The translations under genes and the position numbers were made by a program. The notes beneath the pieces were generated by a model. It had not been told where the DNA came from. It did no database searches and saw only the letters and a program-made list of their open reading frames with translations. A stretch of DNA of 64,000 bases, taken from NCBI GenBank assembly GCA_963663225.1, contig OY760142.1:256001-320000 (forward strand), given 5' to 3'. The first letter of the stretch is position 1. The number at the start of each line of letters is the position of its first letter. Positions 41,177-50,134 of this stretch are shown here, piece after piece. Source of the stretch: Nitrospirota bacterium (GTDB lineage: Bacteria; Nitrospirota; UBA9217).

Positions 41177-42013
41177 CTATTTTAAGAGATCCAAGAGCTG
41201 TGATTGCATGTTCGTAAGGTTAGAAATCGATTGAAGCGCCAGTGCATTTTTCAATTCGATGCTTTTATAGTTTGCCGAGGCCTCATTCATGTCTGCGGTC
41301 GTCCACATTTCACCATCCGTCTGCTGTGCCGTGGACAATGTCGTGGCGAAATCCTGTGAGCGGTTGATGGCCGCCGCATCCGCACCCAGAGACGAACGTT
41401 TTGCCGTAAGCGTGGCAAGCGCGGCATCAAGATTTGCCCTGGCCGCCGCAACGTCTGCATCAGAAGCCGTATCGGGCAATTCTGAAATATTAAGACCGGA
41501 TGTCCCGGTACTAACATCCTGTTTATGGATTGTTATGCTCGTTGAGCCGGCACCTGAAGAGACCGTCCAGTCCCCCGGAACGGTCGTCGAATTGCCGATG
41601 ATCTGGTTGGCACCCTGGTCATCGGGAGCGGACAGCGAATCGATCTGCTGTTTCAGACCGTTGAACATTTTTAAATACCGGATTCGATCTTGACTGCCTA
41701 CGGGAAACGGCGGATAATTTTTAATAATAGCGTCAAGCGTTGTTTTCATCTGCTCAATATAACTATTGATGCCTGCCATGGCGGCATCGGCAGTGTGTAT
41801 GCTTGTAGCGACAAGATTCAAGTTGTCGTTGATTTTCTTGAATCCACCCACTGCAATGGCGTCCTGTTGCGACTTCGCCCACAGAACGGGATCGTCTCCG
41901 GATGAATTGATTTTTTTCCCTGTGGCCAGCTGCTGGGTCAGTTTGTCCATGACCTTCTTTGTGTCATCAAAACTGTAGAGCGACTGGTTTTGGCCTATCT
42001 CAAATATTGACAT
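41177..42013 (-). CDS. Divergent flagellin-like protein
   Basis: QLATGKKINSSGDDP; C-terminal RSSLGA and ADMNEAS; atypical central IIKNYPPFPVGS. Confidence 0.8.
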   Translation of the reverse strand: MSIFEIGQNQSLYSFDDTKKVMDKLTQQLATGKKINSSGDDPVLWAKSQQDAIAVGGFKKINDNLNLVATSIHTADAAMAGINSYIEQMKTTLDAIIKNYPPFPVGSQDRIRYLKMFNGLKQQIDSLSAPDDQGANQIIGNSTTVPGDWTVSSGAGSTSITIHKQDVSTGTSGLNISELPDTASDADVAAARANLDAALATLTAKRSSLGADAAAINRSQDFATTLSTAQQTDGEMWTTADMNEASANYKSIELKNALALQSISNLTNMQSQLLDLLK

Positions 42014-42037
42014 GCGATCCTCCCAAGCTTAAGGAGT

Positions 42038-42061
42038 GCGAGGGGGTGGAAGCCCCCTCGC
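42038..42061 (-). terminator. Stem-loop between the flagellin gene and its paralog (attenuator or mRNA stabiliser)
   Basis: 9-bp stem GCGAGGGGG/CCCCCTCGC with no strong U-tract on the minus strand. Confidence 0.6.
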
Positions 42062-42085
42062 TTCAAAAGAGTGTAGTGTCTTCTT

Positions 42086-42916
42086 TTAGAAGAGCTTCAG
42101 AACCGACTGGGCTGCCTGAGAAGACAGGCTTAAGGCCGTCGTACCGAGTGACTGACGAGTCTGGAGCATCAGCATATTTGCCCCTTCTTCGTTCATATCA
42201 GCCAGGGTCAGGTTGTCAGCACCTGTCGTAAGTGTGTTGACCACTGCAGTCGTGAAATCCTGTCGAGCATTAATAACAGCCAGGTTCGATGAAAGGTTGG
42301 CCGACACGCTCAGCAAGTTGGTCGTTGCATTGTTGAGCTCGGTAATCGCACTGTTAATACTTGTGTCACCAGCCGCATTCGCTGTCCAGCCTGCCGCGGT
42401 GGAGATGTTCAGACCGGCTGCCGCTGTCGTAGCATCCTGCCCGGTAATCGTGAGCGAAGAGGTTCCGTCTGCGTTGAAATTCACGGTCAGATCGTCGCCA
42501 TTAAGAAGGTTCTTGCCATTGTAACCGGAATCCGTCGCCAATGCGTCTATCTGCGACTTGATTGTATTGTACTGGGCCAGATACGTTGCGCGGGTAGTCG
42601 CATCAGAAGTGCTGAGGGCTGTCTGCGCAATACCTTTTGCGGACGCGATCAGGGCCTGAATGCCGGTAATACCTGCGTTGGCGGCGTTGATTGTCTGTAC
42701 AGCCTGCGACATGCTGTCTTTGAGAGACGAAAGGTCGCTGGCACGCTGGGTCAAGGATTGGGCTGCAAAGAAGTTCGTGGGATTGTCAAGGGCGCTGTTG
42801 ACTTTCTTGCCTGTGGACAAACGCTCCTGCGTTCTGTTCAAAAGTTTAACGGTGTTCTGCAAGCTTACGAGGTTGCTCCGCATTCCTGAGGTTAATGAGA
42901 TATCATTGATTGCCAT
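42086..42916 (-). CDS. fliC: Flagellin, short (276 aa), FlaF/FlbT-associated type
   Basis: RLSTGKKVNSALDNPTNFF, DSGYNGKNLL and LADMNEEGANMLMLQTRQSL motifs. Confidence 0.95.
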   Translation of the reverse strand: MAINDISLTSGMRSNLVSLQNTVKLLNRTQERLSTGKKVNSALDNPTNFFAAQSLTQRASDLSSLKDSMSQAVQTINAANAGITGIQALIASAKGIAQTALSTSDATTRATYLAQYNTIKSQIDALATDSGYNGKNLLNGDDLTVNFNADGTSSLTITGQDATTAAAGLNISTAAGWTANAAGDTSINSAITELNNATTNLLSVSANLSSNLAVINARQDFTTAVVNTLTTGADNLTLADMNEEGANMLMLQTRQSLGTTALSLSSQAAQSVLKLF

Positions 42917-43067
42917 TGTTTTGTTTCTCCTTTTCTAGGTTTTGTACCGGCATTTCTTGCCGGTAGTGTGCTTTTTTCATCAGATAGTTGGTTGAGGTAT
43001 CAGGCTGGTCTTTGTTCTTACATTCACTCCTTTCTTGACCGGATTCCTCTCTCCCTTTTGGCTTATT

Positions 43068-43094
43068 TTATCGGCACGCTTTATAAAAACTTTA
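43068..43094 (-). promoter_or_regulatory. Sigma28 promoter of the flagellin operon
   Basis: Minus strand reads TAAA-GTTTTTATAAAGCGT(15)-GCCGATAA. Confidence 0.9.
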
Positions 43095-43185
43095 ATCTCT
43101 AATTTATCAATATGATATGGATTTCTATAGCAGTAATTTACGTGACGCATCCTTAAAGCCTCCCCATAAAAAAGCCATTATCATC

Positions 43186-43212
43186 TAAAGTTTCGACTTA
43201 GAGCGCCGATAT
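43186..43212 (+). promoter_or_regulatory. Divergent sigma28 promoter of the signalling/stator operon
   Basis: TAAA-GTTTCGACTTAGAGC(15)-GCCGATAT. Confidence 0.85.
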
Positions 43213-43278
43213 GATAACTGTAGATTTCCCTATACCATATTCCCAGTGCGCCCGGACCGGTGCGGAAGGATGATTTTT

Positions 43279-43479
43279 ATGGCTATTGCCCCTTTTCAAA
43301 CAACTGAAGTTGTTCAGCTTTATAACAGGATTTTTAAGTTGAATCCGTCCATGATCCTTGACAAAGAAGAGCAGACGGAACCTCAGGACATGGTCAAAAT
43401 TTCAGCAGAGGCAAAGAAAAAACAAATCATAGAACAAGCCCGAACCGAGGTGCTTGAACGAATTAGGAGCACCAAGTAA
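43279..43479 (+). CDS. Small protein resembling DVU0524-type FlgM-associated proteins
   Basis: 66 aa; DMVKISAEAKKKQI matches the D.V.IS flagellar motif; first gene after the sigma28 promoter. Confidence 0.65.
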   Translation: MAIAPFQTTEVVQLYNRIFKLNPSMILDKEEQTEPQDMVKISAEAKKKQIIEQARTEVLERIRSTK

Positions 43480-43504
43480 ATCTGAGTAAAGGCGGACTAT
43501 TCTT

Positions 43505-44107
43505 CTGGAAAAACAAGACTTTAAAATACTGGTAGCTGACGACGATGAAATCGTGCGGGAGGTGATCAAATCACTCCTCACCAAAGAACGGTATTCCGTC
43601 GTCACCGCGCGCGACGGCATTGAAGCGATCAATATCCTCAGGGTCGAGGATATGCATCTTTTGATAACCGACCTCCGCATGCCGGGTGCGGACGGGATCG
43701 AAGTTCTGAAATACGCCATCAGGAATAATCCCGATACCTCAGTCGTCATTCTTACTGCGTTCGCAACCCTTGACACAACACTCGAAGCGGTCAAGGAAGG
43801 GGCGTATGATTATCTGACAAAGCCGTTTAAGGTGCAGGAACTCATCGCATTGACTGAAAAGGCATACAAGCAGGCGCTGCTCATCAAGGACAACCGAGAA
43901 CTCAGGAAAGCCCTTCAGGACACCTACCGCGACATAGAGCTGATCAAAACCGTGGCGAACCACAATAATGCCGGTATGACGGCGGGATGGATCGAGCGGG
44001 TCGAGCAGCTGAAGTCCATGAGTGTTTTTTCGGAGCAGGAAGCTACTCTTCTGAAAGAAAGGCTGACAACGCGTGATGGAAGCCGGCAGAATATTAATAG
44101 TCGATGA
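43505..44107 (+). CDS. Response regulator (REC plus short helical tail), probable CTG start
   Basis: Receiver N-terminus FKILVADDD lies in frame upstream of the ORF-track GTG; TDLRMPG and KPF present. Confidence 0.8.
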   Translation: MEKQDFKILVADDDEIVREVIKSLLTKERYSVVTARDGIEAINILRVEDMHLLITDLRMPGADGIEVLKYAIRNNPDTSVVILTAFATLDTTLEAVKEGAYDYLTKPFKVQELIALTEKAYKQALLIKDNRELRKALQDTYRDIELIKTVANHNNAGMTAGWIERVEQLKSMSVFSEQEATLLKERLTTRDGSRQNINSR

Positions 44108-45560
44108 CGATCCGATTGTAAGATCCGTCCTGTCTGATCTGCTTGAAACCGTTGGAAATTATACGACGGACTGCGCTGAAGACGGGCTCGACGGCATTAG
44201 AAAAGTCACGGACAACGATTACGACATCGTGTTCACCGACCTTACCATGCCGCGGCTTACCGGCATCGATTTTCTGAAAGAGACCAAAAAGATCCGGCCG
44301 CAGCTCCCTGTCGTGGTCATCACGGGTCATGGCACTCTGGACAATGCAATAAATGCCATGCGGGAAGGCGCGAAGGATTTCATAACAAAACCATTTAATA
44401 TTGCGACAGTCGCTTCGGTGGCCGAGCGGACCATCGGCGAGAAAAAACTGCTCGAAAAGCTTCTCGGCCCGGGAGACTATGACGGATCCGTCGGCAGGCT
44501 GAACACGGAGCTCTTTAAAAAGCTACAGGAAATAAGCATCCTTCAGGCTTTAAGCACCGAAATCGACAGCATGTACGACAATAAAAAGATATACGAACAG
44601 ATTGTGGAAATGGCATCCCGGATCATTGCGACCAGGGAAATATCGTTCGGCATTATTGAAAACGGCTGGTTCAAAACAAAAAGCGCACTGGGCACAAGCC
44701 TGAAGCACATCCCCGTGGCAAACACGCTGTTAGCGTATGTTATAGAATCGCAAACACACTATCTTGCCATGAACGGCGAGATCAACCCGCACACCGGCAC
44801 AACGCTGACCTCGCAGTTTTTTTCCATACCCTTCACCATCCATCATGAGGTTTTCGGAATACTGAATTTTTGCGATAAAGTTGATGGAACGGGTTTCAGC
44901 GACGGCGAAGTTTCCCTGGTGCTCACCTTCGCCAAAAAGGCCGCACAAAGAATCGAAAACAATGCCCTGTACGAAGTTTTTCACAACAACCTGATTAATA
45001 CCTTGAAGTCCCTTGTCAGCAGCATTGAAGCGCGCGACCCCTATACCCAGCGCCATTCGGACCGCGTGACCCGTTATGCCCTGGAAATAGCGAACGTCAT
45101 GAACCTCTCTCCCGAAGGAAAAGATGCCATCAACTTCGGAGGATATCTCCATGACATCGGGAAAATCGGAGTACGGGACACTATCCTTCTAAAGCCCGAC
45201 AAACTTACGCCGGAGGAATACGCCGAAATCAAGCTGCACCCGGTTATCGGGGACACGATCATCAAGCCTATCAAGTTTTTTCCCAAGGAGCGGGAAGTCA
45301 TTCTGTATCACCACGAAAGATTCGACGGAAGCGGCTATCCGCACGGCCTCGCCGGCAGCAGCATTCCCTTGACCGCGCGCATACTCGCGGTTGCCGACAC
45401 CTACGACGCCATGACCACGTCGCGGCCGTACCGCACCGCATTGACGCACGAGCAGGCCGTTGCGGAAATCAAGCGCTGCTCAAACACGCAATTTGACGGC
45501 GAGGTTGTCCGTGCATTTCTTCAAACAGCAGCAATAAAGGGGGGGCAACGATGGGACTAA
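44073..45560 (+). CDS. REC-GAF-HD-GYP phosphodiesterase
   Basis: IVDDD and TDLTMP; GAF-like IPF..EVFGILNF; ARDPYT..HS, HDIGK and HHERFDGSGYP. Confidence 0.92.
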   Translation: MMEAGRILIVDDDPIVRSVLSDLLETVGNYTTDCAEDGLDGIRKVTDNDYDIVFTDLTMPRLTGIDFLKETKKIRPQLPVVVITGHGTLDNAINAMREGAKDFITKPFNIATVASVAERTIGEKKLLEKLLGPGDYDGSVGRLNTELFKKLQEISILQALSTEIDSMYDNKKIYEQIVEMASRIIATREISFGIIENGWFKTKSALGTSLKHIPVANTLLAYVIESQTHYLAMNGEINPHTGTTLTSQFFSIPFTIHHEVFGILNFCDKVDGTGFSDGEVSLVLTFAKKAAQRIENNALYEVFHNNLINTLKSLVSSIEARDPYTQRHSDRVTRYALEIANVMNLSPEGKDAINFGGYLHDIGKIGVRDTILLKPDKLTPEEYAEIKLHPVIGDTIIKPIKFFPKEREVILYHHERFDGSGYPHGLAGSSIPLTARILAVADTYDAMTTSRPYRTALTHEQAVAEIKRCSNTQFDGEVVRAFLQTAAIKGGQRWD

Positions 45561-46309
45561 AAGCGGGAGATACTGTCTTTTTCAGGGTTATGCCGGGAAT
45601 GGAAATGCTTCAGGGTACAATCACGTCTGTTGAGGACGCGCTGCTCTCCCTGCGGTCACACGACAAACTGCCGACGGACCTGTCTCCGGGGCGCTATGTA
45701 ATCATACCGGAAGCGGACACCGACTGCGATTACTACACTGAAATTACCGAGGTACACGATGAGCTGCTTCATTTGAAGCGGCTCTGGACCGGCAAGCGGG
45801 ACTTCTTCCGGGTTGACGACGTTTTTCCCGTTCTTGTACGGAAAATACCGCCCAATGCATCCGCCAAACAATGCAGAATCATAACCGGCTTCAGTGCGGA
45901 AGACTCCGCCGAGTCCACCATGCCGGACGGGACCGTCAGCCCGCAAGTCTGGAAAATGCTTGTCAACATCAACACAAAACTGGAGATGATCCTGGAAAAG
46001 CTGTCCATCGAAAGCGAAGGTCTGACGCAGGCGCACAGTACGCCGGTTAACGTCAGCGCGTCCGGAATTCGGTTGACCATACCGGAAATCGTCGCGTGCG
46101 GAGATGCTGTTGAAGTCAAAATGGCGTTACCGGTATATCCTCCCGTGGCAATTGTTGCCTGCGGAGAAGTATTGCGGGCCACACCCAACGATCGGGGTGG
46201 ATGTGAAGTCGCCTTGCAGTTCGTCGACATGGACGATGATGTGCGCGACCAGGTAATTCACTATACCTTCAACCGGCAGCGAGAGATGAACAGACGACAG
46301 GACAGATAA
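45551..46309 (+). CDS. PilZ domain c-di-GMP receptor
   Basis: RDFFR (RxxxR) and NVSASG (NxSxxG) motifs. Confidence 0.85.
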   Translation: MGLKAGDTVFFRVMPGMEMLQGTITSVEDALLSLRSHDKLPTDLSPGRYVIIPEADTDCDYYTEITEVHDELLHLKRLWTGKRDFFRVDDVFPVLVRKIPPNASAKQCRIITGFSAEDSAESTMPDGTVSPQVWKMLVNINTKLEMILEKLSIESEGLTQAHSTPVNVSASGIRLTIPEIVACGDAVEVKMALPVYPPVAIVACGEVLRATPNDRGGCEVALQFVDMDDDVRDQVIHYTFNRQREMNRRQDR

Positions 46310-46325
46310 GGAAATATTCCATCAT

Positions 46326-47072
46326 ATGGACCGTGCAAGTTTCTTAGGACTTATTCTCGGGATAGCGGCAATCATAGCCGGCAACATGATTGACGGGGGA
46401 AGGCTGAACACCATCCTGCAACCCACGGCCGCGATCATTGTGTTCGGAGGAACCCTCGGCGCTACACTGCTGAGTTTTCCCTTCAGAGACGTGGTCAGAG
46501 CCGTTGCATCGCTGCGGAGCATTTTTTTTCAGCGGACGGGCAATCCGGAGGCAATCATCCGAGATATCATCCGGTATGCGCATATGGCGCGCAGAAACGG
46601 CCTGATCATTCTGGAGCCGGAAATCGTTAAAATCTCTCATCCGTTTCTCGCAAAGGCGCTCAAACTCGCAATAGACGGCACCAGCCCCGTTATGCTGCGA
46701 GAGATCATGGAACAGGAAAACACAACCTACGAGGAAGAACGCAGACGGATCGCAAAAGTGTATGAAACCGCCGGAGGGTTCGCGCCCACGATCGGTATCG
46801 TAGGCGCCGTCCTCGGACTCATTCATGTAATGGAAAATCTGTCCGATCCTTCAAAACTGGGCGCCGGCATCGCCGTGGCCTTCGTGGCGACAATTTACGG
46901 TGTAGGTTCGGCAAACCTTTTTATCCTGCCGATGGCAAAAAAGCTTACCCACGCCTTGAACCGGGACCTATCACAGCGGGAAATGCTGATCGAAGCCGTC
47001 CTGGGCATTCAGGCAGGCACCAATCCCCACCATCTCGAAGAACGTCTCAAGGTTTTTCTTGAGGAACAGTAA
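46326..47072 (+). CDS. motA: Flagellar stator A subunit, short MotC/PomA-like type
   Basis: IVFGGTLGA, ARRNGLI.LE, APTIGIVGAVLGLI and AFVATIYG motifs. Confidence 0.93.
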   Translation: MDRASFLGLILGIAAIIAGNMIDGGRLNTILQPTAAIIVFGGTLGATLLSFPFRDVVRAVASLRSIFFQRTGNPEAIIRDIIRYAHMARRNGLIILEPEIVKISHPFLAKALKLAIDGTSPVMLREIMEQENTTYEEERRRIAKVYETAGGFAPTIGIVGAVLGLIHVMENLSDPSKLGAGIAVAFVATIYGVGSANLFILPMAKKLTHALNRDLSQREMLIEAVLGIQAGTNPHHLEERLKVFLEEQ

Positions 47073-47083
47073 GGAAAACCACG

Positions 47084-47773
47084 ATGAGAAAAAAAAAGCG
47101 ACAAGACGAACCCGAGAATGTAGACCGTTGGGTGGTTTCCTATGCGGACTTCATTACTCTTCTGTTCGCTTTTTTTACCACGCTGTACGCGATCAGCCAT
47201 GTGGATGCGGTAAAACTTGACCGTTTTGCAGGCTCCATGAAGTCCGCCCTGAAAAGCCAGACAACTCCCACGAGCAGCAGCTCTCTTATTGAAGGGATCA
47301 AACCCATCAATTATGAAGACGCCAGGCTTGAAAAAGAGATACGGTCTGTTTTTGAGAAATCTGGTATAATAGAGGGCGTTGTGATTTCGCGTGATGAACG
47401 CGGCGTGCTCATTTCATTTGGCGATACGGTCCTGTTTGAACCCGGATCTGCGGAGATAAAACCAGAGGCGCAGTCGTTGATTGCCTCCGTCGCGGGAATC
47501 ATCCGGCAGACGCGCAATACCATTTCAATAGAAGGGCACACAGACAATACTCCGATCCGAAGCTCCCGGTACACCTCGAATTGGGAACTTTCTGCTGCAC
47601 GGGCGACAAGCGTTCTGGCCTCTCTTCTCCAGGATCATCAACTTAAACCGGAACGGTTTTCGGCCTCGGGGTATGGAGAGTACCGTCCCGTTACATCAAA
47701 CACCACACCCGACGGCAGGACAAAAAACAGGAGGGTAGATATCATCTTTGGTAACAAAAAAGACGGACCATAA
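47084..47773 (+). CDS. motB: Flagellar stator B subunit, MotD-like
   Basis: WVVSYADFITLLFAFF; OmpA-like EGHTD, NWELS..RA and NRRVDI. Confidence 0.94.
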   Translation: MRKKKRQDEPENVDRWVVSYADFITLLFAFFTTLYAISHVDAVKLDRFAGSMKSALKSQTTPTSSSSLIEGIKPINYEDARLEKEIRSVFEKSGIIEGVVISRDERGVLISFGDTVLFEPGSAEIKPEAQSLIASVAGIIRQTRNTISIEGHTDNTPIRSSRYTSNWELSAARATSVLASLLQDHQLKPERFSASGYGEYRPVTSNTTPDGRTKNRRVDIIFGNKKDGP

Positions 47774-49274
47774 AATACTCTTTCTGGGTTTCAATCCGGA
47801 AGAACACGCCCGCATCAAAAGCGTTTTCAAAGAAAAACATCCGGACTTGGGCATCGTTTTTTCCTCCTCGAACGAAGACGGACTTCTTGCCGTGAAGAAG
47901 GCCAAAATTGCCGCAATTTTCATCAACCAGGCTGCGGATTCGATAAACGGATTCAGTTTTATAAAAACCATTCAGTCACTTGAATACCATATCCCAACCG
48001 TGCAGGTCACCCTGCCCCAGGATAAAGAGGCGATCCTGAATGCTTTTGAAAAAGGAATTTACGAGTGTCTCTCCATGGAGGAGAATTATATCGATTCCCT
48101 TCCCGTCGTTATGGATCGCGCGCTTGCACGCCACAAATACAGAAAAATGTCGCGCGCAAAAGAGTGGGCCATCAGCCAGAGCCGCAAGGAATGGATCACC
48201 ATCATTGACGCGATAACGGATTTTATTTTTATTACCGACGACCAGTGCAAGCTGGTAAAAATGAACTGGGCGTTCTCCTCCGCGTTCGGCGGCACCCACC
48301 CCCGGTCTCTCATCGGGAGCACCTGCGTTGCTATTTTCGGGGACAATACGCCCTGCAACGACTGCCATATCAATAATATCCTGCAGCACACCACCAACAC
48401 CGCGGAAAAAAAAGTAAATGACAATATTTATCAATTCAGCACCTTCCCTCTGTATATCGACGAAAAACCATATACCGTGCATGTTATGAAGAACATTACG
48501 GAAATGAGAAAGCTCAAGGACCAACTCTACTATGCAGACAAGCTTGCGTCCCTGGGAAGCCTGGTCGCTGGAGTGGCGCATGAAATCAACAACCCGCTCA
48601 CCGGAGTCATTGCATATTCGGAGCTTCTTTTAATGAAATCCTCCCGGGGAGACATCGACGACGAATTAAAGAAAATCCTGCATAATGCCGAAAGATGTAA
48701 AAAGATTGTGGAGAACCTGCTTACCTTCTCCCGCCAGAAGGCCCCGACAAAAAGTATCGAGGCCCTGAATGACATTATAGACCGCACGATCGACCTCAGG
48801 ACGTACTGGCTTCGATCAGGCAACATAGAGGTCGTCCGGGAGTACGACGAAGGATTGACGGTTTTCGTAGACGCGCAGCAGATGCAGATGGTGTTCCTGA
48901 ACATTCTGCAGAACGCGGAGCAGGCAATCAAGGATACGGGGAAAAGTTCCGGAAAGATTACGATCAACACGCGCTACAACAAGCAGCAGAAAAAAATAAC
49001 CATACGATTCAGCGACAACGGATCGGGTATTCCGAAGGGCGTGCTCGCAAAAATCTTCGATCCCTTCTTTACCACAAAATCTGTGGGGGTCGGCACAGGA
49101 TTGGGACTTGCAATCTCCCATGGCATCATTACGGAGCACGGCGGCAGAATCTGGGCAGAAAGTGTTGAAGGAGAAGGGGCCACGCTTATTGTTGAGTTGC
49201 CCACCGGTGCCGTCAACGGCACAGAAGCTCCGGTAATACTGGGATCAACACATCCGGAAAACGCAGAAAGGTAA
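47748..49274 (+). CDS. Histidine kinase (degenerate REC, PAS, HisKA, HATPase)
   Basis: GVAHEINNPL, NAEQA, DNGSGI, FDPFFTTK and GTGLGL motifs. Confidence 0.92.
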   Translation: MVTKKTDHKILFLGFNPEEHARIKSVFKEKHPDLGIVFSSSNEDGLLAVKKAKIAAIFINQAADSINGFSFIKTIQSLEYHIPTVQVTLPQDKEAILNAFEKGIYECLSMEENYIDSLPVVMDRALARHKYRKMSRAKEWAISQSRKEWITIIDAITDFIFITDDQCKLVKMNWAFSSAFGGTHPRSLIGSTCVAIFGDNTPCNDCHINNILQHTTNTAEKKVNDNIYQFSTFPLYIDEKPYTVHVMKNITEMRKLKDQLYYADKLASLGSLVAGVAHEINNPLTGVIAYSELLLMKSSRGDIDDELKKILHNAERCKKIVENLLTFSRQKAPTKSIEALNDIIDRTIDLRTYWLRSGNIEVVREYDEGLTVFVDAQQMQMVFLNILQNAEQAIKDTGKSSGKITINTRYNKQQKKITIRFSDNGSGIPKGVLAKIFDPFFTTKSVGVGTGLGLAISHGIITEHGGRIWAESVEGEGATLIVELPTGAVNGTEAPVILGSTHPENAER

Positions 49275-49276
49275 AT

Positions 49277-50134
49277 ATGCTCGTCATTATTGGAGCACTC
49301 GTGGTTTTGGGCGCCGTCATCGGCGGTTATCTCATGGAGCATGGAAATCTGTCCGTCCTCGTGCAGCCCGCCGAGTTGGTGATCATCGGCGGAGCCGCAT
49401 TAGGCGCTTTTCTTATTTCCTCGCCGCCGAAAGTCACCGCCCATGTGCTTAAAAATATTTTCGGCATTTTCGCTTCAAAGAGCAGAACCAAAGGACAATA
49501 TCTGGAACTGCTGACGCTTCTGTACCGGCTCTTCTCAAAAATCCGGAAAGACGGACTGATCTCTATTGAAGCGGACATAGAAAATCCGCAGAAAAGTCCG
49601 ATTTTCGCCAAATATCGCTCGGTACTCTCAAACCCGCACGCGCTCAATTTTATTTGCGACAATTTCAAGGTGATCGTCTCGGCAAATATTCCCCCGCACG
49701 AATTGGAAAGCCTGGCCGATCTTGAAATAGAGACATCTCATCATGAAGCGATGATCCCGTCGCATAGTGTGGCCAGGGTAGCCGATGGTCTGCCCGGACT
49801 CGGTATTGTGGCAGCGGTCCTCGGCATCGTACTCACCATGTCGAAAATCGACCAGCCACCTGCGGTGCTCGGCCACAGCGTGGGCGCCGCCCTGGTGGGT
49901 ACGTTTCTGGGCGTTCTGCTGTGCTACGGTTTTGTCGGCCCCGTCGCGGTAAATCTCGAACACAAGGCGAAGGAAGAAAATAATTTCTTTCAAGTCATCA
50001 AGGTGGCGCTGGTGGCCTTCGTAGGCGGCGCGGCCCCCCAGATGGCGGTTGAGTTCGCCCGGCGCGCTATACCGGGCAATGAAAAACCGACCTTTGATGA
50101 ACTCGAAAAAACGGTCAGAGATTCCACAAAATGA
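49277..50134 (+). CDS. motA: Flagellar stator A subunit, long enteric-like type
   Basis: QPAELVIIGGA, DGLPGLGIVAAVLG, ALVGTFLG and AVEFARR motifs. Confidence 0.95.
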   Translation: MLVIIGALVVLGAVIGGYLMEHGNLSVLVQPAELVIIGGAALGAFLISSPPKVTAHVLKNIFGIFASKSRTKGQYLELLTLLYRLFSKIRKDGLISIEADIENPQKSPIFAKYRSVLSNPHALNFICDNFKVIVSANIPPHELESLADLEIETSHHEAMIPSHSVARVADGLPGLGIVAAVLGIVLTMSKIDQPPAVLGHSVGAALVGTFLGVLLCYGFVGPVAVNLEHKAKEENNFFQVIKVALVAFVGGAAPQMAVEFARRAIPGNEKPTFDELEKTVRDSTK

